NCBI GenBank assembly: GCA_031291995.1
Contig: JARLHZ010000034.1
Span: forward strand, 14,915 to 78,914
Length of the DNA stretch: 64,000 nucleotides
From: Candidatus Doudnabacteria bacterium
Lineage (GTDB): Bacteria; Patescibacteriota; Doudnabacteria; UBA920
Reading direction: 5' to 3'
Both the position numbers and the translations under genes were made by a program. Under the pieces are notes generated by a model. The model saw only the letters and a list, made by a program, of their open reading frames with translations, made no database searches and was not told where the DNA came from. Below, piece by piece: positions 15,227 through 24,828 of the stretch. Numbering within the stretch: position 1 is the first letter of the stretch; every line of letters starts with the position of its first letter.

Positions 15227-16738
15227 ATGTTAGACACCCCTGAACAAAAGCAAGTTTTTGCCGGGAGTATTGTCCTGATAATTATTTTGGGCGTTATTTC
15301 GATTTGGCAGCATCCGAATGTTACTCCCGTTGGTCCGGATTATGCCGCGCTTCAGCAGCAAAACCAGCAGGAACAGGCGGCAAATAACGCTTATTTGGCC
15401 TCCTTAGGCACCACAGCCCAGGCGCAGCAGCAGATTTTTAGCCAGATTTTACCGCCTGACCAGCTGCAGGCCGCGGTGGACCAGGCCCTTAATTCCAGCC
15501 AGACGATTACTATTCCGGTAGTGGCGGATTCCCAAATAAAAATCAGCAAAACCACGGGCAAGCAGGCTCTGCAAGATTATTTTAACCAAAGCGGGCCGAT
15601 TTTTGACCAATTGGCCAGCCTTACGGACGCGTCGCAAAATGACCTGTACAGCCAAACAGGAAACCAGGATAACATAAAAGGGTTAGCCCAATCCATAAGC
15701 AGTGACGAGACCGCGCTGGCGCAATTGGCGGTGCCGCAGGAGGCGGTGGATTTTCATAAACAGTTGTTAGTGGGGTTGCGGGTTTATGGGGACTTGGTTT
15801 CCGGATCGCAGAATTATATGACAGGCCAAGACCAAAACCCATGGCCGGATGTTTACAAAAATTACGTAATCATCGGCAACGTTTTAGCCCAGGGTAATAC
15901 CGATTATAACCAGCTTAACCAAAAATATAAATTCACGGCTTCCAGCGGCCAAACCGGACTCGCTTCCGGCAACTGGCTGGCGCCAAAAGCCAGTGCCCAG
16001 CTGGCTACCATAGACGTTTGGGCCAAAGCCCAACAAATTCTTGAAGAGGCGGCGGCTTCGGCGATTTCCCAATTTATGCTCAGTTTTTTGAGCAAGCTCG
16101 CGGATAAAATAGAAGCCAGCTATCGAATTTCCAACTTCTTATATTATTCGGACGCGTTAGTCAGCGGCCAATATGTGGATGACTATCTGAATAAATACGT
16201 CACCGATCCGGTGGACCGGACGATAGCCAAAAATTTTATTCCGGAAATTACCTGCGGCAATACCCAAAATTTAAATACCACGTTCAACGCCAAAGCAGAC
16301 CAATATTTGGGATTTGACCCGGCAACTCTTGACCCGAATGACCCCAACTATTATCAAAAACTTAACCGGGTAGGGAATTTTATGGCCACGCCCCAGGGCT
16401 GGCAGGAATATTACCTGGGAATAGCCCAACAGGCGCAATCCAACGCCCAGAGCGCGGCCAATAATGAAATTAACAGCCCGGGTCTTAAAGCCGGACGGGA
16501 CGCGCAGGGGAGCGGTATTCTTACGCCCGGCGCGACCAGCGAGGATGTCCTGCGCGGGATTTTTATGCGGTTTATGCAGGAGGGCAGTTCGGTCAGTACT
16601 TTCGCGTCCACGGAAAAAATTACCGCGCAAATTGCCACTACTTTTTTGAATAACTTTGTTCTTAAAGGTGTCACTCTGTTGGAGCAGAAGACCTGTATTA
16701 CCGTGCCCCAGTTGCAGCTTGTGACACAGGTGCCGTAA
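15227..16738 (+). CDS. hypothetical secreted/membrane-anchored Q/N-rich protein
   Basis: 503 aa. N-terminal TM/signal, then a long Q/N/A-rich low-complexity region. Confidence 0.55.
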   Translation: MLDTPEQKQVFAGSIVLIIILGVISIWQHPNVTPVGPDYAALQQQNQQEQAANNAYLASLGTTAQAQQQIFSQILPPDQLQAAVDQALNSSQTITIPVVADSQIKISKTTGKQALQDYFNQSGPIFDQLASLTDASQNDLYSQTGNQDNIKGLAQSISSDETALAQLAVPQEAVDFHKQLLVGLRVYGDLVSGSQNYMTGQDQNPWPDVYKNYVIIGNVLAQGNTDYNQLNQKYKFTASSGQTGLASGNWLAPKASAQLATIDVWAKAQQILEEAAASAISQFMLSFLSKLADKIEASYRISNFLYYSDALVSGQYVDDYLNKYVTDPVDRTIAKNFIPEITCGNTQNLNTTFNAKADQYLGFDPATLDPNDPNYYQKLNRVGNFMATPQGWQEYYLGIAQQAQSNAQSAANNEINSPGLKAGRDAQGSGILTPGATSEDVLRGIFMRFMQEGSSVSTFASTEKITAQIATTFLNNFVLKGVTLLEQKTCITVPQLQLVTQVP

Positions 16739-16952
16739 AATAGGGTTTTTCGCTTGACCCTTTTGCCGGATAAATACCGGATCCCGGATATTTTTTGCGG
16801 CTCTCAATTTGCATCAGCACAAAAAATTCCGGGATGACGTTTAAAATAGCTCTTGTTCTAAATGTCAAACAGCAAAATATAAGTAAAAACGGCCCGGATT
16901 TACGAATTTTGGGTTTTTTATGTTATAATTAGTTTAATTAACCTAAGAAAAT

Positions 16953-18215
16953 ATGGAAAATAATCAAGAAATCCAAACTACCCGGACCGCGGGGGAAGTT
17001 AACCAAAGGCCAATGGCGGTTTTAAGCCAAAAAATTATTATTTTAGTCGTTGTTTTGAGCGTTATTTTTGGAGCCATGGGCGGCGCTGGGGGCGCTTACT
17101 TTTTTTTGAAAGCGCCGGCTGGCCAAAAACTTTTATCGGTTAACCAGTCGTCGGGGCAAAAAATCAGCCTGACAGAGGATTCGGCTGTAATTGATGTGGT
17201 CAAACAGGCCAGTCCGGCCGTTGTTTCCATTATTATTTCCCAGGATTTAAATAAAATTCCGGGTTATGGGATGAACCCTTATAGTCAAAACCCGTTTTTT
17301 AATTTTTTTGGCGGCGGCCAAAGCCAGCAACAACAATCAACGGCGCCAAACGTGCAGGAAGTCGGGGCGGGAAGCGGATTTTTTGTTTCCGCGGACGGCT
17401 TGATACTGACAAACAAACATGTAGTGTCCGACCTGACTGCCAGCTACACGGTTATTACTTCCGACGGCAAAAAGTATGATGCCAAAGTAGTGGCCCAGGA
17501 TCCGGTGAATGATTTGGCTATTGTTAAAATTGGCATCCAGAACGCTCCTTATTTGAAGCTTGCCGATTCTTCCAGGCTTCAGGTAGGCCAGCACGTTATT
17601 GCCATCGGCAATTCGCTGGGGCAATACCAAAATACCGTGACCAGCGGCATTGTGTCCGGCATCGGCCGAAGTATTACCGCGGGTTCGGATACCGGCAGCG
17701 AAGACTTGTCCGGAGTGATTCAGACTGATGCCGCGATAAATCCAGGTAACAGCGGGGGGCCATTGCTGGATATTACCGGCCAGGTAATCGGTATGAATAC
17801 GGCCATCGACCAGCAGGGTCAGCTGGTGGGTTTTGCCATTCCTTCCAATGAAGTCCAAAAGGCACTGGAAAGTTTTCAGAAAAATGGAAAAATTACGCGG
17901 CCTTTTTTGGGCGTGCGCTATATTACCATTACTTCGGACATCGCCAAGCAGAATAATTTGCCCCAAGACTTTGGCGCTTTAATAGTGCGCGGGCAAAATG
18001 TCACCGACTTCGCCGTCCAGCCCGGCAGTCCGGCCGACAAAGCGGGATTGGTTGAGAACGATATTATTTTGGAAGTTAACGGGACAAAGGTGGATGAAAA
18101 TAATTCTTTATCGACGCTGCTGCAAAATTTTAATGTCGGCGATACCGTGGATTTGCAGGTTTACCACAAAGGCAAAACAGAAGATGTAAAAGTAACGCTG
18201 GGAGAATCGAAGTAA
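16953..18215 (+). CDS. htrA: trypsin-like serine protease HtrA/DegP with C-terminal PDZ domain
   Basis: 420 aa. N-terminal TM. Catalytic GNSGGPLL motif, His/Asp context, PDZ-like tail. Confidence 0.88.
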   Translation: MENNQEIQTTRTAGEVNQRPMAVLSQKIIILVVVLSVIFGAMGGAGGAYFFLKAPAGQKLLSVNQSSGQKISLTEDSAVIDVVKQASPAVVSIIISQDLNKIPGYGMNPYSQNPFFNFFGGGQSQQQQSTAPNVQEVGAGSGFFVSADGLILTNKHVVSDLTASYTVITSDGKKYDAKVVAQDPVNDLAIVKIGIQNAPYLKLADSSRLQVGQHVIAIGNSLGQYQNTVTSGIVSGIGRSITAGSDTGSEDLSGVIQTDAAINPGNSGGPLLDITGQVIGMNTAIDQQGQLVGFAIPSNEVQKALESFQKNGKITRPFLGVRYITITSDIAKQNNLPQDFGALIVRGQNVTDFAVQPGSPADKAGLVENDIILEVNGTKVDENNSLSTLLQNFNVGDTVDLQVYHKGKTEDVKVTLGESK

Positions 18216-18220
18216 ACAGG

Positions 18221-18700
18221 TACAGTATCTCCTCCTTGCTGAGGAGGAGTACCCGCCGCAGGCGGGGGAAGTGGTGAATAAATGGATTATCAGATAATAA
18301 AAAATAGACCAGACACAGTAAATTTTAGAAAGCAGTTGAGAAATAATTCATCACCGGCAGAAATTATATTATGGCTTGAGCTCAAAGGGCGAAAGTTAAA
18401 TGGTAGAAAATTTCGGAGGCAGTATGGGGTAGAACAGTTTACGGTTGATTTTTACTGTCCTGAATGTAAATTGGCTGTGGAACTAGATGGCGAGACCCAT
18501 AACAATCCTCAAAGCTTTAATTATGACGCCAAAAGAACAGAGGTTATATTGGGGCACGGAATAAAGACTATAAGATTTACTAATAAGGAAATCAGAGAAA
18601 ATTTAGCGGGAGTTTTGGAAGAAATTAAAAAATACTTGGATTGACACCACCCCGTCGCCCTGCGGGCGACACCCCTCCTCAGCAAGGAGGGGATGCTCCG
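18221..18700. mobile_element. about 480 bp element: DUF559 endonuclease-like gene flanked by about 45 bp terminal inverted hairpin repeats
   Basis: Left end 18221-18268 and reverse-complemented right end 18650-18700 align (CTCCTCCTTGCTGAGGAGG…CCGCCGCAGGCGG versus CCCTCCTTGCTGAGGAGG…CGCCCGCAGGGCG). Inserted between htrA and ruvX. Confidence 0.55.
18282..18644 (+). CDS. DUF559 (Vsr/endonuclease-like fold) domain protein
   Basis: 120 aa. DUF559-like pattern (…AEIILWLELKGRKLNGRKFRRQ…VDFYCPECKLAVELDGETH…). Confidence 0.7.
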   Translation: MDYQIIKNRPDTVNFRKQLRNNSSPAEIILWLELKGRKLNGRKFRRQYGVEQFTVDFYCPECKLAVELDGETHNNPQSFNYDAKRTEVILGHGIKTIRFTNKEIRENLAGVLEEIKKYLD

Positions 18701-18717
18701 CATTAGCTCTAACGAAT

Positions 18718-19158
18718 ATGAAAATTCTTGGAATAGACTATGGTACAGTAAGGATTGGATTGGCGATATCAGATGAATCGTTGACTTTGGCCCGGGAGCT
18801 GGATATATTATCGCCCAAGGAGTTTTGGGATCAGCTGAGTCAGCTAATCAGCAGTCAGCAAATTAGCAAAATAGTTTTAGGCTGGCCCCTAAATATGAAC
18901 GGGGAGCGGACAAAGAAGACGGAAGAAGTGGAAAGATTCAAGGTTAAAATTGAAAGTAAAACGGGCTTGCCGGTGGAAGTAATAGACGAGCGGTTAACAT
19001 CGCAGATGGCGGAACACATCAGCGACGATATCCGCCTTCGCCAAGGCTTCGGCGGTTCGCGTTCTAAAAATAAATTCGGGAGCGCGAAAAATGACCTGGA
19101 CAGTTTAGCCGCGCAAATTTTATTGCAAAATTATTTGGATAAAATGAAAAAAGATTAA
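18718..19158 (+). CDS. ruvX: Holliday junction resolvase-like protein YqgF/RuvX
   Basis: 146 aa. MKILGIDYGTVRIGLAISD is the YqgF N-terminus. Confidence 0.85.
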   Translation: MKILGIDYGTVRIGLAISDESLTLARELDILSPKEFWDQLSQLISSQQISKIVLGWPLNMNGERTKKTEEVERFKVKIESKTGLPVEVIDERLTSQMAEHISDDIRLRQGFGGSRSKNKFGSAKNDLDSLAAQILLQNYLDKMKKD

Positions 19159-19163
19159 AAGAA

Positions 19164-19190
19164 ATCCGGGCAGTTGGGACTGCCCGGAAT
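19164..19190. terminator. hairpin ATCCGGGCAGttgggaCTGCCCGGAAT (bidirectional terminator candidate)
   Basis: 8 bp GC-rich stem directly after the ruvX stop. A near-identical hairpin recurs at 60914-60948. Confidence 0.5.
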
Positions 19191-19208
19191 TTGGCCCATG
19201 ATGGGCTG

Positions 19209-19439
19209 TCAACGGTTTTTTCTGAACGACTTGTGTGTTTGCCACGAGCGGGCGGCGGAAGTAATCGAAAACATAGCTCCGAAGATGACGACAAGCAGCG
19301 CCAAATCCATCAGGCTTGAGTCGTCGTGGGCTTTTGGGCCTTCGAATACCCCCATTAAAGAAAATACCAGAGACAATGTCCCTACAATCCCGACGAGCGC
19401 CGATAAAACAAACCACAATGCACTCCAGAAGCGTCTCAT
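19209..19439 (-). CDS. hypothetical small 2-TM membrane protein
   Basis: 76 aa with two clear hydrophobic helices. Preferred over the overlapping + strand ORF 19174-19482, which is low-complexity. Confidence 0.35.
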   Translation of the reverse strand: MRRFWSALWFVLSALVGIVGTLSLVFSLMGVFEGPKAHDDSSLMDLALLVVIFGAMFSITSAARSWQTHKSFRKNR

Positions 19440-19494
19440 AAAACCCCCTTACTGCTTAATTATAGGAAAAATTAAACTATAGTCAACGTAAAAA

Positions 19495-20511
19495 TTGTCC
19501 GAATTTCGCCAAAATCCAATTACAAAAAACTGGGTCCTTATTGCTCCCGCCAGGGGGAAGCGGCCGGATCAGTATAAAACTTACAGTGTTATGTTGGGCG
19601 TGCCGGAAACCGATCCGGCGTGCGTTTTTTGCGCGGGCAACGAACATTTAAACCGGGAAGTTTTACGTTTGGATTCAAGCGGCGAGCGGACCACGGGGAA
19701 GGATTGGGAAATACGGATTATTCCAAATAAATTCGCGGCACTGGAACAGACGGCGGTTTACCGCCACAAAGAATTTTATATTTCCCACAGCGGGGACGGC
19801 GAACATGAGGTCATAATTACGCGAAACCACAATGAGCCGGTCGCTTTGCAGTCCATTGCGGTAGTGGAACTGTCTATTCGCACATTCATCGAGCGGATAA
19901 AAACCTTTGCCAAAAACCCGGAGCTGGCTTATGTGCAGATTTTCCATAACCATGGACGCGACGCCGGAGCCAGCATTATCCATCCGCATTATCAATTACT
20001 GGCCACTCCTATTGTTCCGCCCCATGTCCACAGTGAAATTTTAGGGTGTTACCATTATTACCAGACCCACAAAAGTTGCGTATATTGTGATATTATAAAG
20101 GAAGAGCTGGAAGTAAAACACCGCGTGGTTCACGACAGCGAGCATTTTGTGGTAATTTCCGCTTACGCCAGCCGCAGCCCGTTTGAAACCTGGATTTTGC
20201 CAAAAAAGCACGGCGCGCGGTTTGAGGATATGGGTGAAGAGGAAATTAAACACCTGTCCTTCGTTTTAAAAGTGACGCTCGGCCAGCTGTATACTAAACT
20301 TTCCGACCCGCCGCTGAATTTTTATATCCACACCATGCCTCTTCGCCAGCAGGGCGGCATGCACAGCACCTACGAAGAAAAAGATTTCCACTGGCACCTG
20401 ACCATCTTCCCCCGCATCACCATTTGGGCCGGCTTCGAATTCGCCACGGGGATTCCGGTAAACCCGATAGCGCCGGAGGTGAGTACGAAGTTTCTTAAGG
20501 GAGAGGGTTGA
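19495..20511 (+). CDS. galT: galactose-1-phosphate uridylyltransferase-like (HIT superfamily, GalT family)
   Basis: 338 aa. HIT-like HPHYQL motif and GalT-like two-half architecture with Cys/His metal ligands. Confidence 0.7.
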   Translation: MSEFRQNPITKNWVLIAPARGKRPDQYKTYSVMLGVPETDPACVFCAGNEHLNREVLRLDSSGERTTGKDWEIRIIPNKFAALEQTAVYRHKEFYISHSGDGEHEVIITRNHNEPVALQSIAVVELSIRTFIERIKTFAKNPELAYVQIFHNHGRDAGASIIHPHYQLLATPIVPPHVHSEILGCYHYYQTHKSCVYCDIIKEELEVKHRVVHDSEHFVVISAYASRSPFETWILPKKHGARFEDMGEEEIKHLSFVLKVTLGQLYTKLSDPPLNFYIHTMPLRQQGGMHSTYEEKDFHWHLTIFPRITIWAGFEFATGIPVNPIAPEVSTKFLKGEG

Positions 20512-20552
20512 TAAAAGAGGGTGAAGGGTTGATAACACAATGCAAAGATATT

Positions 20553-20912
20553 ATGCCAGCGAACTCTTATAAAAATCTGACAGCGTGGATTAAGGCTATT
20601 GAATTGGTACAGGAAATTTATGTCATTACTGATAAATTTCCAAAAATGGAATTGTATATTTTGGTCAACCAAATGTTAAGGGCGGCAATCTCAGTACCTT
20701 CAAATATAGCCGAGGGTTATAGAAGAAATCACAGATTAGAGTATATACAATTTTTATCAATAGCAATTGCATCCGCGGCTGAATTGGAAACACAGCTAAT
20801 AATTGCTAAAAATAGATACCCGCTCGTAGATTATCAAAAAGCGGAAATTTTATTGGACGAAATTCAAAGATTGTTGTACGTCACAATTAGATCTTTGAAA
20901 GGAGGTAAATAA
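20553..20912 (+). CDS. four-helix-bundle protein (TIGR02436-like, 'rRNA intervening-sequence protein' family)
   Basis: Conserved IAEGYRRNHRLEYIQFLSIAIASAAELETQL. The ORF track starts at 20508; internal Met 20553 gives the typical 120 aa size. Confidence 0.65.
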   Translation: MPANSYKNLTAWIKAIELVQEIYVITDKFPKMELYILVNQMLRAAISVPSNIAEGYRRNHRLEYIQFLSIAIASAAELETQLIIAKNRYPLVDYQKAEILLDEIQRLLYVTIRSLKGGK

Positions 20913-20946
20913 TGAATCTTTGTACTACTAACCCGAACACCACTAT

Positions 20947-21645
20947 ATGAAAAAACTTATTATCGCAAATTGGAAATTAAATCCTACCAACCTCAAAGAC
21001 GCTCAAAAATTGGCGGCGTCTATTTCAGTGAAGGCCAAAAATAAGGTCATTCTCTGCCCGCCGACGATTTATTTAGCCTCAATTAACTTTCCAAATATTG
21101 GGGCACAGGACTGTTTTTGGGCTGATAAAGGAACTTACACCGGCCAAACTTCGCCAGCACAATTAAAAGATCTGGGGGTGGAATATTCCCTCGTTGGCCA
21201 TAGTGAGCGGCGGGAAGTCGGGGACACGGACGAGATGGTGAATTTAAAGGTCAAAGCTTGCTTGGCAAATAAAATTACGCCGGTTTTATGCGTCGGTTTT
21301 GGAACCAAGGTAGAACAAGATGATTTAGAAGTGACCGATGTATTAAAGAGTCAGCTCGATATTAATCTTGCGGGAGTTGATGCTTCTAAAGTCGTGGTGG
21401 CATACGAACCGGTCTGGGCAATTTCAAAAGGTAACCCTTATATGACTAGAGCCGCTGATGCCGAACACGCAGAAAAAATGGCAATTTTTATTAAAAATAA
21501 ATATAAGGTTTCGAAAGTAATTTACGGAGCCAGCGTAAATCTTAATAACGCGAAGGGTTTTTTGTCCCAGCCTAATATAGATGGATTACTGCCTGGTGGT
21601 GTAAGTTTAATTTCAAAGGACTTTAATCAGATAATTAATTTTTAG
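20947..21645 (+). CDS. tpiA: triosephosphate isomerase
   Basis: 232 aa. IIANWKLN, GHSERR and YEPVWAI motifs. Confidence 0.9.
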   Translation: MKKLIIANWKLNPTNLKDAQKLAASISVKAKNKVILCPPTIYLASINFPNIGAQDCFWADKGTYTGQTSPAQLKDLGVEYSLVGHSERREVGDTDEMVNLKVKACLANKITPVLCVGFGTKVEQDDLEVTDVLKSQLDINLAGVDASKVVVAYEPVWAISKGNPYMTRAADAEHAEKMAIFIKNKYKVSKVIYGASVNLNNAKGFLSQPNIDGLLPGGVSLISKDFNQIINF

Positions 21646-21697
21646 GGAAGAGGATATTTATGACCCTATCTACCCTCACCCCTATCCCCTCATCAAT

Positions 21698-22141
21698 ATG
21701 ATCTACATTGCCTCTGACCACGCGGGGTTTGAACTTAAAAATAAAATTATTGCGCATCTAAAAGGCAGCAACCAGGCCGTGGAAGATTGCGGGCCGTTTA
21801 AAGTTGACCCGGATGACGACTATCCCGACTTTATTTATCCGTGCGCGCAAAAAGTCGCTCAAAACCCGGGCAGTATGGGTATAGTAATCGGCATGAGCGG
21901 CCAGGGTGAGGCGATTGTGGCTAATAAAGTCAAAGGCATTCGCGCGGCGCTTTATTACGGCGGCCATGAGGATATTATTAAATTATCCCGCCAGCATAAT
22001 AATTCCAATATCCTATCGCTGGGCGCGAGATTTTTATCGGTTGAGCAAGTCGAACGCGCCATAGACTTATGGATAGAAACCGGCTTTGACGGCGGCAGGC
22101 ACCAGAGAAGGATAGACAAAATTAACGCTTTGGAAAAATAA
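21698..22141 (+). CDS. rpiB: ribose-5-phosphate isomerase B
   Basis: 147 aa. MIYIASDHAGFELK RpiB/LacAB N-terminus. Confidence 0.85.
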   Translation: MIYIASDHAGFELKNKIIAHLKGSNQAVEDCGPFKVDPDDDYPDFIYPCAQKVAQNPGSMGIVIGMSGQGEAIVANKVKGIRAALYYGGHEDIIKLSRQHNNSNILSLGARFLSVEQVERAIDLWIETGFDGGRHQRRIDKINALEK

Positions 22142-22142
22142 C

Positions 22143-22227
22143 AGATGGAATTTACGAAGTACGAACAGGTACGAACTTACGAAGTTTGTCCGTTCGTAAG
22201 TTCGTAAACATCCATACTTCGTAAACT
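22143..22227 (+). repeat. Family B palindromic element, copy between rpiB and rpe
   Basis: ATTTACGAAGTACGAACAGGTACGAACTTACGAAG…CGTTCGTAAGTTCGTAAAC…ACTTCGTAAAC. Confidence 0.8.
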
Positions 22228-22866
22228 ATGTCGCAAATAGTCCCCGCAATTTTAGAGCAAACAAAAGACGGCTTTAACCAAAGGCTGTCTTTAGTGTTAA
22301 AAATTCCCGGCGTGGAGCGGATCCAGGTTGATTTTGGCGATGGAGAGTTCATTGAAAACAAACTTTTGTCTGCCGCGGACATGGACACGCTTAATCCGGC
22401 ATTTAATTGGGAAGCGCATTTAATGGTAAAAGAGCCGAAAGACTTTTTGGATTATCAGATTTGCGGGTTTAATACCTTGATTGTGCATTACGAAGCCTTC
22501 GCGTCGGCGGCGGAATTAAAGAAAACATTGAACGAAATAAAAAAAATGGGTTTTAAGAACGCGGTGGCAATAAATCCGGACACATCGGTCAATGTTTTAA
22601 AGGACATTATTGCGGATGAATACCTGGTTATGAGTGTGGTTCCGGGCAAACAGGGCCAGGAATTTATTGCCTCCACACCCCAAAAAATCCGCGACCTGCG
22701 AAAGCTATTCCCTCATGCTATAATAGAAGTAGACGGCGGAATAAACATCGGCAATGCCAAACTGGCCGCCGTAGCCGGGGCTGATTTAATATGCGTCGGT
22801 TCGGCTTTGGTTAAGGCTCCCGATGTTCCAAAAGCGTTTGAAGACCTGACATCCGCAATCCTTTAG
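22228..22866 (+). CDS. rpe: ribulose-phosphate 3-epimerase
   Basis: 212 aa. Rpe-like TIM barrel (IVPAIL…HLMV…VDGGIN). Confidence 0.88.
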   Translation: MSQIVPAILEQTKDGFNQRLSLVLKIPGVERIQVDFGDGEFIENKLLSAADMDTLNPAFNWEAHLMVKEPKDFLDYQICGFNTLIVHYEAFASAAELKKTLNEIKKMGFKNAVAINPDTSVNVLKDIIADEYLVMSVVPGKQGQEFIASTPQKIRDLRKLFPHAIIEVDGGINIGNAKLAAVAGADLICVGSALVKAPDVPKAFEDLTSAIL

Positions 22867-22907
22867 TATTATGACGTAAGTCCTAAGTTTTAAAAATAAC
22901 AAGAAAT

Positions 22908-23744
22908 ATGAAAAAACTATCGGGTAAGGATTTAAAACTCAAAGCCAACGATATTAGGCGGGACATAATCAAAATGCTTGTGGAAGCCAAAAGCGGACAC
23001 AGCGCCGGTCCTTTGGATATGGCGGATATTTTTGCCGCGCTTTACTTTAATGTTATGAATGTTCATCCTGAAGATCCAAAGTGGGAAGGCAGAGATTACC
23101 CGGTGTTGTCGTGCGGCCATATTTGCCCGGTACTTTACGCCGCCATGGGAGAGGCGGGTTACTTTCCGAAGGAAGAATTGTTGACTTTAAGAAAATTCGG
23201 CACGCGCCTGCACGGACATCCGCATAACCTGGCATTGCCCGGCATTGAAACTTCATCAGGTCCTCTTGCCCAGGGCAGCAGCCAGGCCGTGGGAATTGCC
23301 CTTGGTTTAAAAATGGATAAAAAACCCAATTATGTATATCTGGTTGTTTCGGACGGCGAACAGCAGGAGGGCCAAACGTGGGAAGCGGTTATGATGGCCG
23401 GAAAAAACCATCTGGATAATTTAATCGCGGTTATGGACAGAAACCGCATCCAAATAGACGGCAACACCGAAGACATTATGCCGCTGGACGACGTTAAGGC
23501 CAAGTACGAAAGTTTTAACTGGCATGTAATTGAAATTGACGGAAATAATATGGACGCGGTATTAAAGGCCTACGAAACCGCTAAGACAGTTAAGGGCAAG
23601 CCGATAATGATAATCGCGAATACTTTGGCCGGCAAAGGCGTAAGCTTTATGGAAGGCGACTACAAATGGCACGGCATGCCACCGAACAAGGAGCAGGGAG
23701 AGAAGGCGTTGGGAGAGCTCGTGGCGGAAAGGGAAAAAATTTAG
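22908..23744 (+). CDS. tktA: transketolase, N-terminal (TPP-binding) subunit
   Basis: 278 aa. SCGHICPVLYA and the GDG…E TPP-binding region. Split-type transketolase. Confidence 0.9.
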   Translation: MKKLSGKDLKLKANDIRRDIIKMLVEAKSGHSAGPLDMADIFAALYFNVMNVHPEDPKWEGRDYPVLSCGHICPVLYAAMGEAGYFPKEELLTLRKFGTRLHGHPHNLALPGIETSSGPLAQGSSQAVGIALGLKMDKKPNYVYLVVSDGEQQEGQTWEAVMMAGKNHLDNLIAVMDRNRIQIDGNTEDIMPLDDVKAKYESFNWHVIEIDGNNMDAVLKAYETAKTVKGKPIMIIANTLAGKGVSFMEGDYKWHGMPPNKEQGEKALGELVAEREKI

Positions 23745-23745
23745 T

Positions 23746-23822
23746 GTCATTGCGAGTGCATCCGAAGCAATCTTTTTATAAATAGACTGCTTCGTCGGCT
23801 GCACTCATCGTAACGACATGAC
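23746..23822. repeat. MITE-like solo TIR pair of the GIY-YIG-element hairpin family (between tktA and tktB)
   Basis: GTCATTGCGAGTGCATCCGAAGCAATC, 13 nt, then GACTGCTTCGTCGGCTGCACTCATCGTAACGAC. The arms are imperfect reverse complements. Confidence 0.6.
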
Positions 23823-23842
23823 CTCTATCACAAATAAAATTT

Positions 23843-24817
23843 ATGATCAAACTTAATCCAAAAATCGGACAAAGCGATATTGAGCAGGAACCTACGCGTA
23901 AGGGCTATGGTCTGGGCGTGGTTGATTTAGGGGACGCCGATAAAAATGTTGTCGTACTGACCGCGGATTTGGCCGAATCGACTATGGTGCATGAATTCCA
24001 GAAAAAATTTCCGGAACGGTTTGTGGAATGCGGCGTGGCCGAGCAGAATATGATGGGCGCGGCCGCGGGCTTGGCACTTTACGGTAAAACCGCGTTTGTC
24101 TCGTCGTACGCCGTATTTTCTCCCGGACGCAGCTGGGACCAGATGCGGGTTTCGGTTTGTTACAGCGAGGCTAACGTTAAAGTGGCGGGCGCGCATACGG
24201 GGGTTACAGTTGGTCCAGATGGCGCAACCCATCAAGCGTTGGAAGATGTGGCGATAATGCGCGTGCTGCCGAATTTGGTCGTGGAAGTTCCGTGTGACTC
24301 CATTGAAGCACGTAAAACCGTCGTGGCGCTCGGAAAAATGAAAGGCCCGGCATATTTTAGATTGGGGCGCTCTAAAACCGCGGTTATAACAACATCGGAG
24401 ACTCCTTTTGCGGTGGGCAAGGCGGAAATTTTCCGCGACGGATCCGACGTGGCGATTATTGCCAGCGGTCCGGTTTTATATAATGGCTTGTTGGCCGCAA
24501 TAGAATTGGAAAAAGAAGGCATATCGGTTATGGTGGTTAATAATCATACTATTAAACCAATTGATAGCGCGACAATCATCGAGGCGGCTAAAAAGTGCGG
24601 CGCAGTGGTAACTTTGGAAGAACACCAAACCCAAGCCGGTTGCGGCAGCGCGGTTTGCGAAGTTTTAGCCATGAATTATCCGGTCCCCGTAGAAATGGTC
24701 GGCATGCCCAACACCTTTGGCGAGTCCGGCGAGCCGGAGCAGCTGATACAAAAATACGGAATGGGGAAGGATCATATTATGGAAGCAGTTAAAAAAGTTC
24801 TTCAGCGGAAGAAGTGA
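23843..24817 (+). CDS. tktB: transketolase, C-terminal (pyrimidine-binding) subunit
   Basis: 324 aa. Transketolase C-terminal half, adjacent to the N-terminal subunit. Confidence 0.9.
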   Translation: MIKLNPKIGQSDIEQEPTRKGYGLGVVDLGDADKNVVVLTADLAESTMVHEFQKKFPERFVECGVAEQNMMGAAAGLALYGKTAFVSSYAVFSPGRSWDQMRVSVCYSEANVKVAGAHTGVTVGPDGATHQALEDVAIMRVLPNLVVEVPCDSIEARKTVVALGKMKGPAYFRLGRSKTAVITTSETPFAVGKAEIFRDGSDVAIIASGPVLYNGLLAAIELEKEGISVMVVNNHTIKPIDSATIIEAAKKCGAVVTLEEHQTQAGCGSAVCEVLAMNYPVPVEMVGMPNTFGESGEPEQLIQKYGMGKDHIMEAVKKVLQRKK

Positions 24818-24828
24818 AACCTCTTTAT

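Noticed and set aside
19174-19482. 102 aa plus-strand ORF overlapping the minus-strand 76 aa TM ORF
   Set aside because: Cys/Pro-rich with no domain. The minus-strand ORF has two clean TM helices, so it is preferred, still with low confidence.
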